A model generated the notes under the pieces. That model did not search any database. It had not been told where the DNA came from and saw nothing but the letters and a program-made list of their open reading frames with translations. DNA of 64,000 nucleotides, taken from the sequence record NC_027399.1; one strand, written 5' to 3'. The position numbers were made by a program, and so were the translations under genes. Shown in pieces: positions 19,841-30,477 of the stretch; within the stretch, counting starts at the first letter, position 1; the number at the start of each line of letters is the position of its first letter.

Positions 19841-20400
19841 CATACGAAGAATACAAAAAGACAATACCAGTACTCGCTGAAATTGTTTCATTACTAAAAA
19901 ATCATCTAAGTAAAAGAACCATATACAACGATAGATTCTTCACCTTACCCAAATCCAATTTTTATATAAAACAAATCAATGATGCTGATATTGACATAAG
20001 AATTTCAAAAAATAGTGATTCTATTATTCGCGTTGCAAAAGAATCTCAGTGTTTTGATGGAGAGATTCCTATGTTACTTCGTCAGTTCGGTGATGTATAT
20101 TGTTCATCCAGAAAACACCCAGGGTATATTAAAATATATTCAAGTGAAAGTGACATAGATTTACTTGATGTTGACTGCCCAGAAGAGCAATTATTTCAAT
20201 ACAGTACAATTCTTTCTAATATTGATCTTATCGTGCTTGAACTTGAGTTAGAACTTCAAAAAGTACTAAACGAAAATATTTACTGTGTAATTACATTGTT
20301 CTATGATAATGATTACTATAGTGAATGTGCTTCATATAATGATTATGTAAATCTACGAGATGATTTAAAAGATGAAAAAAGAACATGGGAACATTATTAA
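19837..20400 (+). CDS. family A protein
   Basis: DCPEEQLFQYSTIL. Confidence 0.8.
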   Translation: MTYEEYKKTIPVLAEIVSLLKNHLSKRTIYNDRFFTLPKSNFYIKQINDADIDIRISKNSDSIIRVAKESQCFDGEIPMLLRQFGDVYCSSRKHPGYIKIYSSESDIDLLDVDCPEEQLFQYSTILSNIDLIVLELELELQKVLNENIYCVITLFYDNDYYSECASYNDYVNLRDDLKDEKRTWEHY

Positions 20401-20956
20401 TAACTTAAAAGTTATTAAAGAATTAAGCACTGCTATGATTTTGTTGTACAAAAATACAGACAAAATTAATGCTGATAATTATATTCTAAGTACTACCAGA
20501 TTAAATCCATACGAAAATGGAACATTGTACTTGAGAACAAAAGCATCTCAAAATATCATTGGAATTATGAATGAATCAGTTTGCCTGGAAGAATATGCAT
20601 ACAAAGATGAAGAGGTACCTGGTAATTACAGGGTTATTATACGAGATTCGGCATTCTTCTTATGTAGTCCGATGAATCCATTTTTCAATAAAATATATGC
20701 TGATTTTAATTATACAAATGGTGTTGAAACTTTTCCTATTCCCAGTGAAGATACATGGGAAGAAGAGATGTTTCAACTATCATTAGTAGTACCAAATATG
20801 GTATGTTCCGAAGTACTGGAATTATATAAAGAAATACACAATAATATTGAAAGTCATTTTTATATTTCATATGAATATGAAAATTATGATACCACATTAT
20901 TAAAAGATGCATTAAATGACGTTAAAAAATTTATCAAGCACTACATCAACAAATGA
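20372..20956 (+). CDS. family A protein
   Basis: DTWEEEMFQLSLVV. Confidence 0.8.
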   Translation: MKKEHGNIINNLKVIKELSTAMILLYKNTDKINADNYILSTTRLNPYENGTLYLRTKASQNIIGIMNESVCLEEYAYKDEEVPGNYRVIIRDSAFFLCSPMNPFFNKIYADFNYTNGVETFPIPSEDTWEEEMFQLSLVVPNMVCSEVLELYKEIHNNIESHFYISYEYENYDTTLLKDALNDVKKFIKHYINK

Positions 20957-21494
20957 TACTGAAATGTACTTATTGTACAAAAATATTTTACTTGAATTAA
21001 AAAGATTATTGCATACTGTTAATGTACGCGATAATTATCTACATCAAGATATAAATGGTGAAATTTATTGTATAATTTCTGATGGTAAAATCGCATTATA
21101 TGCTAATTCCGAAAATATAGCATTCACTTATGTTTTATTTGCTTATTCGTTTAATTCACCAAATTACGTATCAGAAAAATATAGAGTAGAATATGATTCA
21201 TATGTATACTTTGATCGTGATAATTCAACTAATGAATATATGATTAATCACGAAACAAATAATATCATCCAATTGATTAAAGAAAATGAGTTGAGTTCAG
21301 ATGAATTAGAAAGTTTATTATTCCAACACAATACATTGTATTCAGATGAAGATAAATTTTGTATTTGGATGGATTATTATATCAGAGATTACATTGAAGA
21401 TAAACATTATTTCTGTGTAAACTATAACAAATTAAATGAATTCAGTACTGATATATATGAAAATATTCTATTGGAATTAAAGAAATATGATTGA
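20916..21494 (+). CDS. family A protein
   Basis: ELESLLFQHNTLYSDED; start uncertain. Confidence 0.75.
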   Translation: MTLKNLSSTTSTNDTEMYLLYKNILLELKRLLHTVNVRDNYLHQDINGEIYCIISDGKIALYANSENIAFTYVLFAYSFNSPNYVSEKYRVEYDSYVYFDRDNSTNEYMINHETNNIIQLIKENELSSDELESLLFQHNTLYSDEDKFCIWMDYYIRDYIEDKHYFCVNYNKLNEFSTDIYENILLELKKYD

Positions 21495-22098
21495 ATTAAA
21501 ATTTAAAATACAAGAACTAAAAGAACTGGTAATTCACTTAAAGAATGTAAATGATAAATTCCATCTCTCAGAAAATTTCATGATTTATATTCCAGGTACC
21601 GAATCAACACTCATTCACGAAATGTCAACAAAAGGGATATATTCCAATATTACATTGAAATCAAGAGATTACAAAACTAATATCTATTACAACACCATCT
21701 CTTTAATCAGGAGTTCAGATCCCTCTGAAGAACGTATCAGGAAATCTAAAACAGTAGGTTCAATTTATAGTAGTTCATGTAATATATATTCTTTATCCGA
21801 TAATACCAAAATGCAGATTGGTATATATGAAAACTATCATAGAAAGTGTGATACCAGTGAAAATGGAACTATTGAATTGCCTGATTATGTAAAAGATTCT
21901 GATGAATTTGAAGCATTATTATTTCAATACAGTACAGAGAGTGATATTAAGTACAATAGATTATTAAAAATGCGTATCATAAAAGAAATATATGATGTAC
22001 TTCAATATGAAGAAATATCAATCGATGATACTTTATTTGATTTGGATTCAAATGATTTGAAAACAATTATACAGGAATTGAAATTAAAATTATGCTAA
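21487..22098 (+). CDS. family A protein
   Basis: EFEALLFQYSTE. Confidence 0.8.
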   Translation: MIELKFKIQELKELVIHLKNVNDKFHLSENFMIYIPGTESTLIHEMSTKGIYSNITLKSRDYKTNIYYNTISLIRSSDPSEERIRKSKTVGSIYSSSCNIYSLSDNTKMQIGIYENYHRKCDTSENGTIELPDYVKDSDEFEALLFQYSTESDIKYNRLLKMRIIKEIYDVLQYEEISIDDTLFDLDSNDLKTIIQELKLKLC

Positions 22099-22655
22099 CA
22101 TTGTCCGAAATTCTGGAATACGATAATAAAATTATCAATCTCTTGGGTGATATATCATTTGAATTCAACAAAAAAGAAGATAAAAACAACAATAAAGCCA
22201 CTATACTGAAAGTAAATGATAGTGAATTAGTTGTATTAGAAAATAATCTTCATTTTTATTCTGTTGTACTTAAAGTGTATAATGGTATGTCAGAAACTCC
22301 GTGGTATATGGTGAAAAACACAGATGATTATGATACATTTCGTGGTATTAAACCATTCATCAACGAGTATGGTATTTTTTGTACCGCAAATGATTACGAT
22401 GTATTATATGATGAATACGATCAATTCGGTACTGTTCATAACGTACTAACAGAAGAACAGTACGCTTGTATAGAAAGCACTGCGTTTCAGTTGAGTACAG
22501 AGTTTGATTTACAAGTAGTAAGGGCATTATCAATGCAAACCAATTTGTATTACAACAAAAGACACTATCAAATAATGTGTAATACAAAAATTCAGGATCA
22601 TTTATATAATCCAAAATTAATTTTAAATCTAGAAAAATATCTGGAAACACTATGA
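22092..22655 (+). CDS. family A protein
   Basis: IESTAFQLSTEFD. Confidence 0.8.
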   Translation: MLTLSEILEYDNKIINLLGDISFEFNKKEDKNNNKATILKVNDSELVVLENNLHFYSVVLKVYNGMSETPWYMVKNTDDYDTFRGIKPFINEYGIFCTANDYDVLYDEYDQFGTVHNVLTEEQYACIESTAFQLSTEFDLQVVRALSMQTNLYYNKRHYQIMCNTKIQDHLYNPKLILNLEKYLETL

Positions 22656-23143
22656 AAGAAATTATTGAATTAATAGAATTGATGCAGTCAAGTATAAGTT
22701 CATGTAAACTTGCAACCGGTGAACATAATTTGAATGCTGATTTTGATTTAGTAGTCAATAATCAAAAGAAATGTATTCACTTGATTAAAAAATCCAGTAC
22801 TAAAGCAATCAAACATACAGCACTCATGATAGCTTCTTCACATCCTGCTAAAAAATATAATTCAAATATTGCTAATATAAGTTCACTGTACAAACCAGAA
22901 AGTACATCTTCATATATCAGTTCAATTAAAAGTGAATTAGATTTTCATAAATGCACTTTGGATTCTTATGAAGAATTAGAATTTCAGTACAGTACGGTAA
23001 TTACACGAAGTGATATTTTTATAATTCAATGCTTGTTATATTCAATTGATTTTAAAGATAATGTGTACATGACAAATGATTTTATGAAATATAATTATAT
23101 TGAAATACTCAGATCATTAAAGGACAAATTATGCCAAAATTAG
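22652..23143 (+). CDS. family A protein
   Basis: DSYEELEFQYSTVI. Confidence 0.8.
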   Translation: MKEIIELIELMQSSISSCKLATGEHNLNADFDLVVNNQKKCIHLIKKSSTKAIKHTALMIASSHPAKKYNSNIANISSLYKPESTSSYISSIKSELDFHKCTLDSYEELEFQYSTVITRSDIFIIQCLLYSIDFKDNVYMTNDFMKYNYIEILRSLKDKLCQN

Positions 23144-23721
23144 ATGCACAGTACTGTGATAAATTACTGAATGCATTGATTACTATACAAAAGAATATAA
23201 AAAAAGAAAAGAGTATTCAAATTTACTATAATGATAGTTATATTCTTGTACAATGCAACCCAGATGGTAATTATGTAGAGTTCAGTTTAAAGAAAGAAGA
23301 TGTTCATGATTGTATTAGTATTGATTTGCATGAAGCAACACCGCATCAAAGTTTAAAAAATATTATTAAAGCATATAAAAGAACTACTTATGCATTTGAC
23401 ACGTTAGTTCACAGATATAAAACATTTTATTGTATGTTTGATACAGACGAATATGATTTCAATTTAGTAGGATTTGATGAAAACATCATTAGCATTCCTT
23501 ATGATTTTGATGATGAATTATATTTTCAGTACAGTACTTTATATAGTTTACCACCACAGAGTGATCTTGAGCTTCACAAAAGTATTCATAAAAAATGCAA
23601 AAATGAACTACCAAATAAAAGTGTAGTTAGAATTTCATATCTATCCATCGAATTAGATCAACAAGAAATGGATGAAATTCTGGAATCTTTGTATTCATTG
23701 GTTCCTGTGTTTAAGCATTAA
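23131..23721 (+). CDS. family A protein
   Basis: DFDDELYFQYSTLYS. Confidence 0.8.
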   Translation: MPKLDAQYCDKLLNALITIQKNIKKEKSIQIYYNDSYILVQCNPDGNYVEFSLKKEDVHDCISIDLHEATPHQSLKNIIKAYKRTTYAFDTLVHRYKTFYCMFDTDEYDFNLVGFDENIISIPYDFDDELYFQYSTLYSLPPQSDLELHKSIHKKCKNELPNKSVVRISYLSIELDQQEMDEILESLYSLVPVFKH

Positions 23722-23724
23722 AAT

Positions 23725-23758
23725 CCCCCTTGACTGGGGTTTTTTTATTTGTTATAAT
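23725..23758 (+). promoter_or_regulatory. terminator hairpin overlapping a sigma70 promoter
   Basis: CCCC..GGGG-T7 hairpin; TTGACT(23730)-17bp-TATAAT(23753). Confidence 0.7.
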
Positions 23759-23777
23759 AAAAAATAGAGAATATAAA

Positions 23778-24404
23778 ATGAAAAAAGAATCATATAACAT
23801 ACTTCGTGTATGTGAAAATTTAATATTGTTGTTACTGGCTTATAAGAAAAATATAAATTTAAGCAAGAAAATTCTTGATTATCATATTAATATTAATATT
23901 ACTTGTAGTAATCATATTTCAATATATTTAAATATTAGTAATTTTGGTTCTATTACAACAACATCATCCAACATCATTTCATTTAATGCTGATAATATTC
24001 AACCAGTTGAATTAAATTTACCAATTGAAGATATTAAAGGTGAAATGATTTATTTTGATGACCGATATTGTGAATATGATGTTAATAGTCCAAATTTAGT
24101 AGGAGCGTATTTAAAAAAATATGATCCTGATATTGATGGATACAATGAAACAAATTGCCATGAAGTAATGGAAAAGACGTATGATGAATGGGCTTTTCAG
24201 TACAGTACATTATATGATTTTGTTCCAGATAAAGAAGATTATTTTTACTTGAAAAATTTCATGCATAATTTGGGTAACGAATTCGATTATACATATTCAA
24301 ATATTTTATTTGAATCAAAAGTGGATATTGTGAATCTAAAATCTGCAATTGATATATGTACCGAAACTGTTAAAAGGAAGATTGATGAAAACTCCGATAT
24401 TTGA
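23778..24404 (+). CDS. family A protein
   Basis: TYDEWAFQYSTLYD. Confidence 0.8.
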   Translation: MKKESYNILRVCENLILLLLAYKKNINLSKKILDYHININITCSNHISIYLNISNFGSITTTSSNIISFNADNIQPVELNLPIEDIKGEMIYFDDRYCEYDVNSPNLVGAYLKKYDPDIDGYNETNCHEVMEKTYDEWAFQYSTLYDFVPDKEDYFYLKNFMHNLGNEFDYTYSNILFESKVDIVNLKSAIDICTETVKRKIDENSDI

Positions 24405-24900
24405 AAAATCAAAGAAATATGCACAACGTATATCTGATTGTATTGAACTTATACAATTAATGAGAAAAACTTTTTACGTAAATCACAAAGGTTCTTTTCG
24501 ATATCAACATGAAAATAATGGACTTATTACCATGAGCAGAGGCAAATCGCCTTTTGGTGAGGTTATATTAACATATGTACCAGATAATATTCATATTCCG
24601 TTCAATGATAATTATCTAATAGAAATATCAAATTATATTCCAGTACTAGATTATACAGAAGAAACCGAATTTCAATATAGTACTTTGTATAATAATGAAG
24701 AATTGTTAATGCATTATATATATTCCATTCTATGGAATTTGAACATCAAAGGGAAAATTCATATAAACCCAAAAATAAATTTAAGAACATATACAATGGC
24801 ATTGAAAAATATGTATAGTTATTTTCAGGACACAAATTATAATTTATATAAAGAATTGTGTAATAAAAAATTCAAATCAATGGAAATAAACTACTTATGA
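24385..24900 (+). CDS. family A protein
   Basis: DYTEETEFQYSTLYNNEEL. Confidence 0.8.
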   Translation: MKTPIFEKSKKYAQRISDCIELIQLMRKTFYVNHKGSFRYQHENNGLITMSRGKSPFGEVILTYVPDNIHIPFNDNYLIEISNYIPVLDYTEETEFQYSTLYNNEELLMHYIYSILWNLNIKGKIHINPKINLRTYTMALKNMYSYFQDTNYNLYKELCNKKFKSMEINYL

Positions 24901-25481
24901 TTGAAAGATATGAGTTTAGTACAAGAATATTAAATGAAGCACTCAAAAAAGTTCCATCAATTGTAGAAAAACATAGTAAATTATATTCTAAGTACAATAG
25001 TAATAGTACATTCAATGTTGGTATTAAAAATCAGAATTATGAAACTAACATTGATGATAGTTCCATTGAATATGGTTCAGCAAATGGTTCTTCATGGACA
25101 ATTGAATTTGACAATTCACTCCATGATTATTATAACTGGACACCAGAATATAATGAATTTAGCTTTAATACATCATCTGTTGCTTTTTTGGTTAGTAGTG
25201 AACATATGTTGTACGCTCTTTATGATTTTAATACTGAAATTTTTATAATTGAAGACACCGATTTATCTTTTGAAGTAAATTGTATAGATTCGCTACGTGA
25301 AATGATTTTTACATTACAACTGGAGTACTCAGATATTATTGAGACTGAATTACTATGGAGTATGCTATCACCGATGATTGAGTTTAAAAAGCTGTTGACA
25401 CCTGACAAAGATGTTGCTATTATATTTGAACCACATAGACAAGAGTTTTTAGAATTAAATCCAGAGATACCAAACGTATGA
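24897..25481 (+). CDS. divergent family A protein
   Basis: DSLREMIFTLQLEYS at the equivalent position. Confidence 0.6.
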   Translation: MIERYEFSTRILNEALKKVPSIVEKHSKLYSKYNSNSTFNVGIKNQNYETNIDDSSIEYGSANGSSWTIEFDNSLHDYYNWTPEYNEFSFNTSSVAFLVSSEHMLYALYDFNTEIFIIEDTDLSFEVNCIDSLREMIFTLQLEYSDIIETELLWSMLSPMIEFKKLLTPDKDVAIIFEPHRQEFLELNPEIPNV

Positions 25482-25888
25482 TTCTATATCACTGTAGTAC
25501 TGTAAAAATTGACAGCTTTTATATCCCCTTTGGTGGCTTACATTTTGGTGGTATTAATAGTGCTTTAGAAGCGGCGTTACGTAAGCTGAGAAGCCCACGA
25601 AACACGTTGGATCACAAGGAGATACATATCCATAAATGTTTCGTGGAACTCGGTAAAACACAGCACAGTGAGGATTTGGGTGGTGAGGATTCGTGGAGAG
25701 CGGTGATCGATGAATGCTCACGATTAGGATTTAATTCAGTACAATATAAGAATGTATATGAACCTGATTCAGTACCTAGCTATATGATTTGGGACGCCAG
25801 TAGAGTAAAAATCATAGAAGTGGATTGTATTCATATGGATGACGCCGAACAAATACTGGAAGAATTTTATGATTCACACTGTACTTAA
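25478..25888 (+). CDS. putative ADP-ribosyltransferase-fold protein (ART-PolyVal-like)
   Basis: LYHCS...F....GLHFG and GFNSVQYKNVYE...SYMIWD..RVKII follow the YHG..GxHF / GYDG..N..E..Y.VF pattern. Confidence 0.55.
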   Translation: MILYHCSTVKIDSFYIPFGGLHFGGINSALEAALRKLRSPRNTLDHKEIHIHKCFVELGKTQHSEDLGGEDSWRAVIDECSRLGFNSVQYKNVYEPDSVPSYMIWDASRVKIIEVDCIHMDDAEQILEEFYDSHCT

Positions 25889-25908
25889 ACTAATACAGGT
25901 AACGATTC

Positions 25909-26460
25909 ATGTCAGAACCAATAGAATATTTTAAAGCATGTTCTCGTTTGGTTAATTCAATTTCAAAGGATTTTTTATCAAGAAAACCAAAAGAGTATAT
26001 TGATGATGTACTTGGATATAATTTTATATTATATTATGGTTTTAGTTCATTAAGAATTTCAGTTGATGATGAAAACGAAACACCTGTACTTACAATGTTT
26101 AATGTTGATCACATCACATGTAACCCAGAAGTATTTCATGAACCACGTTGGTGCCTACCTAATATTGTTAACAGTGGTGTTCAATGTGGTTTTGTGAAAA
26201 AAATTGACCACCGTTTTGATTCAGACGATGAACTCAGAGAACACGAGAATGATTTTAGTGCTAAGTTATTCTCTGATACTTTAACTGAAGAAGAATATTT
26301 TCAGTACAGTACGGTGATGAAATTAAATACATTGGAATATTATCTGGAATGGAATAAAACTATAATGCAAGACAATACAAATGAAAAAGTTGTTTGGCAT
26401 TGGTATTATGGTGATTTCATTTCAAAAGAAGCTATTGATGAATTATCAAAAAGAATATAA
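25909..26460 (+). CDS. family A protein
   Basis: DTLTEEEYFQYSTVM. Confidence 0.8.
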   Translation: MSEPIEYFKACSRLVNSISKDFLSRKPKEYIDDVLGYNFILYYGFSSLRISVDDENETPVLTMFNVDHITCNPEVFHEPRWCLPNIVNSGVQCGFVKKIDHRFDSDDELREHENDFSAKLFSDTLTEEEYFQYSTVMKLNTLEYYLEWNKTIMQDNTNEKVVWHWYYGDFISKEAIDELSKRI

Positions 26461-26472
26461 TAAGGATTAAAA

Positions 26473-26961
26473 ATGATGCTTGACATTATCGGAAATTTAG
26501 ATATAGTTAATCAAATCATTCAATCAGCAATTGATGATATTAAGAAGAAGGAGATTGAGGTACGATGGAATTTCTTATCGTCTGATATTGGATACCTTGT
26601 TGATATTAGTGAACCAACAAAGAAACAAATGGTTGTACAAATCAATGCACTAAGTAACAGGCAATCTCTCTGTAAATTTTATATTACAAAGAATGGGATA
26701 ATTCTCAGATATAATAATAAATTGTTGTTTGAATACAAAAACAGTACTAAAACATTCATTACAAATTTATTCGATGAACCATTTTATATTGATGATTTAG
26801 AAAGTACTTTTTTTACTCAAAGATGTTTAAATTCGTTTGGTTCATTGGATAATATAGTATTTGATTATGATATCATGACTGAAACATTAAAGAAAACACA
26901 GGATTTATATTATGCCTACTTGGTGTTTACCCAAAAACGAGAAAATGCTAACACAGCCTGA
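26473..26961 (+). CDS. divergent family A protein
   Basis: DDLESTFFTQRCL. Confidence 0.55.
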   Translation: MMLDIIGNLDIVNQIIQSAIDDIKKKEIEVRWNFLSSDIGYLVDISEPTKKQMVVQINALSNRQSLCKFYITKNGIILRYNNKLLFEYKNSTKTFITNLFDEPFYIDDLESTFFTQRCLNSFGSLDNIVFDYDIMTETLKKTQDLYYAYLVFTQKRENANTA

Positions 26962-27391
26962 CGATAGCGTATATAAGTGTATTGAGCATTTTGATTATTT
27001 TATTAATTCAAAAAAAGAATTTATTGTGGTTGATTGTATACCATTGTATTTCATTAAATCCGATTCAAATACAATCAAAGAATTTAATATGTACTATGGT
27101 AGTGAATTTATATCAATTAAATTAATCAATAAATGTTTGAAAAATTCTTATTCAATTGAAAGTTATTACAATGGAATATTTTTGCTCGGTATTAGCAATG
27201 AGTACATCAATTCAGTACTATTAAAATCAAACACAAATGAACCAGTTTATGCTGATCGAGAAGCATTCAATGAAATCGATTTCTTCCAGTATACATGTGG
27301 TGATGCTTATATACCATTACACACCAATACGATGTGTTTAGTTAAAGATAAATTGTTGGAGATTGAAAATGATTTCAAAAAATACTATTAA
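26945..27391 (+). CDS. family A protein
   Basis: FNEIDFFQYTCG. Confidence 0.65.
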   Translation: MLTQPDDSVYKCIEHFDYFINSKKEFIVVDCIPLYFIKSDSNTIKEFNMYYGSEFISIKLINKCLKNSYSIESYYNGIFLLGISNEYINSVLLKSNTNEPVYADREAFNEIDFFQYTCGDAYIPLHTNTMCLVKDKLLEIENDFKKYY

Positions 27392-27860
27392 AACTGGAAT
27401 GCAATGTTTGATTGATTATTTTGAAAATTCTAAATTATGCCCTGAAGTGCTGAGAGGCGATCACACATTTCATTACTACGGTGATGATATTCAGATTATA
27501 GTTGGATTTCATACATTAAAACTTTGTATTATTGATAATAAAAATTCAAATTGTTTTATTTTCTCTCCAGTAAAAATGCGAGAAGATGATATTTGCACCG
27601 AATTCGGGACTATTGTTGCTGTAATTGATGATGATGGTAGAAAAACACATGTATACGATACACTATTCATTGAAAGTTCTACATTGTTTCAATTGAGTTT
27701 AATTCATGATATCAATATTGATGGATTGGATATATTGATGTATAAGTATAGTGAATTACTTGAATTACTAGGGAAATCTAAAATTAATCACAATACTAAA
27801 TACATTAAAGAAGCATGTGATAATTTATCAAAAGCTCACGTGCAATACTCTAACGAATAA
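27363..27860 (+). CDS. family A protein
   Basis: IESSTLFQLSLIHD. Confidence 0.7.
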   Translation: MKMISKNTIKTGMQCLIDYFENSKLCPEVLRGDHTFHYYGDDIQIIVGFHTLKLCIIDNKNSNCFIFSPVKMREDDICTEFGTIVAVIDDDGRKTHVYDTLFIESSTLFQLSLIHDINIDGLDILMYKYSELLELLGKSKINHNTKYIKEACDNLSKAHVQYSNE

Positions 27861-27901
27861 GACACTTCAGGAAGAAGTGCATTTTTTGGAAAGGATGCCC
27901 C

Positions 27902-28378
27902 ATGGAAAAGACCAGCATCATCGAAAATGGTGATATTAACGATATTTTATCTTTGAATGGATTTAAAATTCATGATATAATGTTTTCAGTGAGAGACATA
28001 ATTCAGTGCTTATTTTTATGTAGTAAAACAATGTACGATTATTATCATAGTGATTTATGTAATATGTTTGTCATTACTATCAGTACTGAAAACTCTTTTG
28101 TATTATCTTTTCCAATGAATACCAATGAAGAATTCATTCAAGCAGTACTAAGAAATGATAATGTAACTAATGCACAAACTGAAGTTCATAGAAAGAAGAA
28201 TACTTATACAATTAAAGATGATAAAATCATTATGTTTGTTAGTAAAGGTTTTATCATGGATAACTTCATTGTTAAAGAATCTTATCATGATTTTAAAATT
28301 GAACCTGATAGTTCTAAAGTTATGATTTATGCTAGTGATATTGAATCAATTACAGTATCTGATCCTGAACTGGAGTAA
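27902..28378 (+). CDS. hypothetical protein
   Basis: 158-aa ORF with AAGGA SD. Confidence 0.7.
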   Translation: MEKTSIIENGDINDILSLNGFKIHDIMFSVRDIIQCLFLCSKTMYDYYHSDLCNMFVITISTENSFVLSFPMNTNEEFIQAVLRNDNVTNAQTEVHRKKNTYTIKDDKIIMFVSKGFIMDNFIVKESYHDFKIEPDSSKVMIYASDIESITVSDPELE

Positions 28379-28382
28379 TATT

Positions 28383-28523
28383 ATGTCAAAGAAAAATAAA
28401 ATAAACAACTACGTTGCAAAGTACTGCAATGAGTTCAATAAAGCTCAAACTCACGTAGATCGTAAAAAAGAATTCAAAAAGGGTAAAATCAAACACAAAG
28501 GCGGGAGTGAATACTTCCGCTAA
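28383..28523 (+). CDS. small basic phage protein
   Basis: NYVAKYCNEFNKAQTHVDRKK...KHK; GGAG SD before ATG 28383. Confidence 0.7.
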   Translation: MSKKNKINNYVAKYCNEFNKAQTHVDRKKEFKKGKIKHKGGSEYFR

Positions 28524-28557
28524 TTTTTCGCCTAAATTTCGAGAAGAATAACATAAT

Positions 28558-29451
28558 ATGAAAGACTTTTTAAATTTCTCTGTACTATCTGTAAAAGAGC
28601 ACTTTGATATAATTAAAGGAAGCTCTTTAAGCAATCCACCATTTAATTCAATTCATAAAAAAACTTATAGAAATGCAATAATTTATGAACTAATGGACTA
28701 TGATATTTGTTTTTATAAACACGACGGTGATAGTACTGAATTTAGTATTCAGGATCATTCATTTAATCTACCGTGTTATTCATTAGTTGAATCAAGAAAT
28801 TATAGTTCTTATTGTTCACATGATTATTCGTACAGAAAAGATTTATACACAAATGAATTGTCTTACAAACAATTCACATTAAATGGTATTGATTATGCAA
28901 AAAACACATTTAATGCAAGTGTAAGATATCACAGTATATCTGATAAAATCAAATACAACCGAATTCTTACTGACTATAATTACTGCATTCGTTCATTATA
29001 TAGTGATATCAATAATATAAGTGCAACTGCAATTGAATCAGAATTCTTCAACAGAAATTTTCAAATTTTAGAAAAATCTAAAATTAGTACTGGATTTGTA
29101 TTCGAATCTAATTTTGATATTAGTATACCAAAAGAAAATAATAATAAATTATTAACAAGTGTTCACGTTAATCTAAAGAAAGAAACAAAAGATAGTAACA
29201 CATTATTTGAAATGAAATGGAATTATGATGATAGATTGGTATTTGAATTAGATACACCAGATGCAAGTATTATGCATTTATATAATACACTATACACATT
29301 TCAATCTGAATTGTTGTTTGGTAAAACCGATTATTATCATTTTAAAAATTCATTAATTTATCTGGAAAAAATATTAGAGTATTATAAATCAGAATTACCC
29401 ATAATCAGTATTGTGTTAGAAAATATTAAGAGGAACAAAGATGGAAACTAA
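28558..29451 (+). CDS. hypothetical protein (possible degenerate family A motif near C-terminus)
   Basis: 297-aa ORF; TLYTFQSELLF. Confidence 0.7.
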   Translation: MKDFLNFSVLSVKEHFDIIKGSSLSNPPFNSIHKKTYRNAIIYELMDYDICFYKHDGDSTEFSIQDHSFNLPCYSLVESRNYSSYCSHDYSYRKDLYTNELSYKQFTLNGIDYAKNTFNASVRYHSISDKIKYNRILTDYNYCIRSLYSDINNISATAIESEFFNRNFQILEKSKISTGFVFESNFDISIPKENNNKLLTSVHVNLKKETKDSNTLFEMKWNYDDRLVFELDTPDASIMHLYNTLYTFQSELLFGKTDYYHFKNSLIYLEKILEYYKSELPIISIVLENIKRNKDGN

Positions 29452-29749
29452 TTTTAAAATTGTATTCAAGGAATTTTTAATTCCATACCTTGGAAAGAGA
29501 TTTATTCCTTATAATGCAAAGAAAGTACAACACCCAGATGGTACTGAACTGTATTTGGTTGAAAGTACAGAACAAGATGCACTTGATTTATTCCTAATGC
29601 ATATCAAGAATGCAAATTCAGACGTTTATAACAAATATTTTGAGTACTTGTATAATGAATATATTCTTGAATTCCAGGATGAAAATATGTTCAGATTAGC
29701 AATGAGTGATTATTCTGAATGGTCAAATATCGTAATTGGAACAAACTAA
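29441..29749 (+). CDS. hypothetical protein
   Basis: GAGG SD; FQDENMFRL. Confidence 0.7.
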   Translation: METNFKIVFKEFLIPYLGKRFIPYNAKKVQHPDGTELYLVESTEQDALDLFLMHIKNANSDVYNKYFEYLYNEYILEFQDENMFRLAMSDYSEWSNIVIGTN

Positions 29750-29772
29750 ACTAAACAAGAAGGATTAAAATT

Positions 29773-30159
29773 ATGCGTGATGAAAAGACAAGTAAAATTC
29801 TAAAAGCAATCGGTGGTGTTCTTATTATTGATGTAAAAGGAGAACCAAAACTTTGTGCTATGGAAGATCTAAAAAAATCAAAATTCTTTGATATTGGATC
29901 ACTCTTCAATGCTATCCGAGTGCTGAATAATAAAGAAGTTGAAGATTATGGTCTTAAATGGCCTACATACCGTGATGCTTCAGGTGAAATCAGCAATTCA
30001 TGGAAAACAATTCAGGAAGTACACAGTCGTTCTGATAATGATTGGGACTTTATCGTTGCTGTCTGTGAACAACTAAATGAAGAAGTACCTGAAGTACTGG
30101 AGAAATATATTGTATTACAAAATCTGGATAGTTTTCGTAATGGAACTTTGCAGTACTAA
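29773..30159 (+). CDS. hypothetical protein
   Basis: AAGGA SD. Confidence 0.75.
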   Translation: MRDEKTSKILKAIGGVLIIDVKGEPKLCAMEDLKKSKFFDIGSLFNAIRVLNNKEVEDYGLKWPTYRDASGEISNSWKTIQEVHSRSDNDWDFIVAVCEQLNEEVPEVLEKYIVLQNLDSFRNGTLQY

Positions 30160-30189
30160 TTAACAAAAAAAACATAAAGGAATATAATA

Positions 30190-30477
30190 ATGAAAGAACA
30201 AGATATGGATATGGAATACGATTTTATTAAAATTGAAGAAGGTGAAGAGAGTGAACAAGTAAGTACACAACTTGTTGCTAATACAAAACGTTCAATGATT
30301 GCCCGCAAACCAACCAGAACGCAGGAGGAATATGAATCGTTTATTGAATCAAAATACACAGAAGTCCATTATATGCAAGATGGTACACCATATGACGTCA
30401 CCGTTACAGTACTGAAACCTGAAGTTAATGATCTTGAAGGCTTAAAACAGTGCTACGCATACCAAACACGTAGTTAA
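30190..30477 (+). CDS. hypothetical acidic protein
   Basis: AAGGA SD. Confidence 0.7.
   Translation: MKEQDMDMEYDFIKIEEGEESEQVSTQLVANTKRSMIARKPTRTQEEYESFIESKYTEVHYMQDGTPYDVTVTVLKPEVNDLEGLKQCYAYQTRS

Noticed and set aside
13848-27860. CRISPR array or diversity-generating retroelement behind the repeated motif
   Set aside because: The repeats are short, degenerate, in-frame coding motifs 400-600 bp apart; no reverse transcriptase, template/variable repeat pair or cas gene is in the window.
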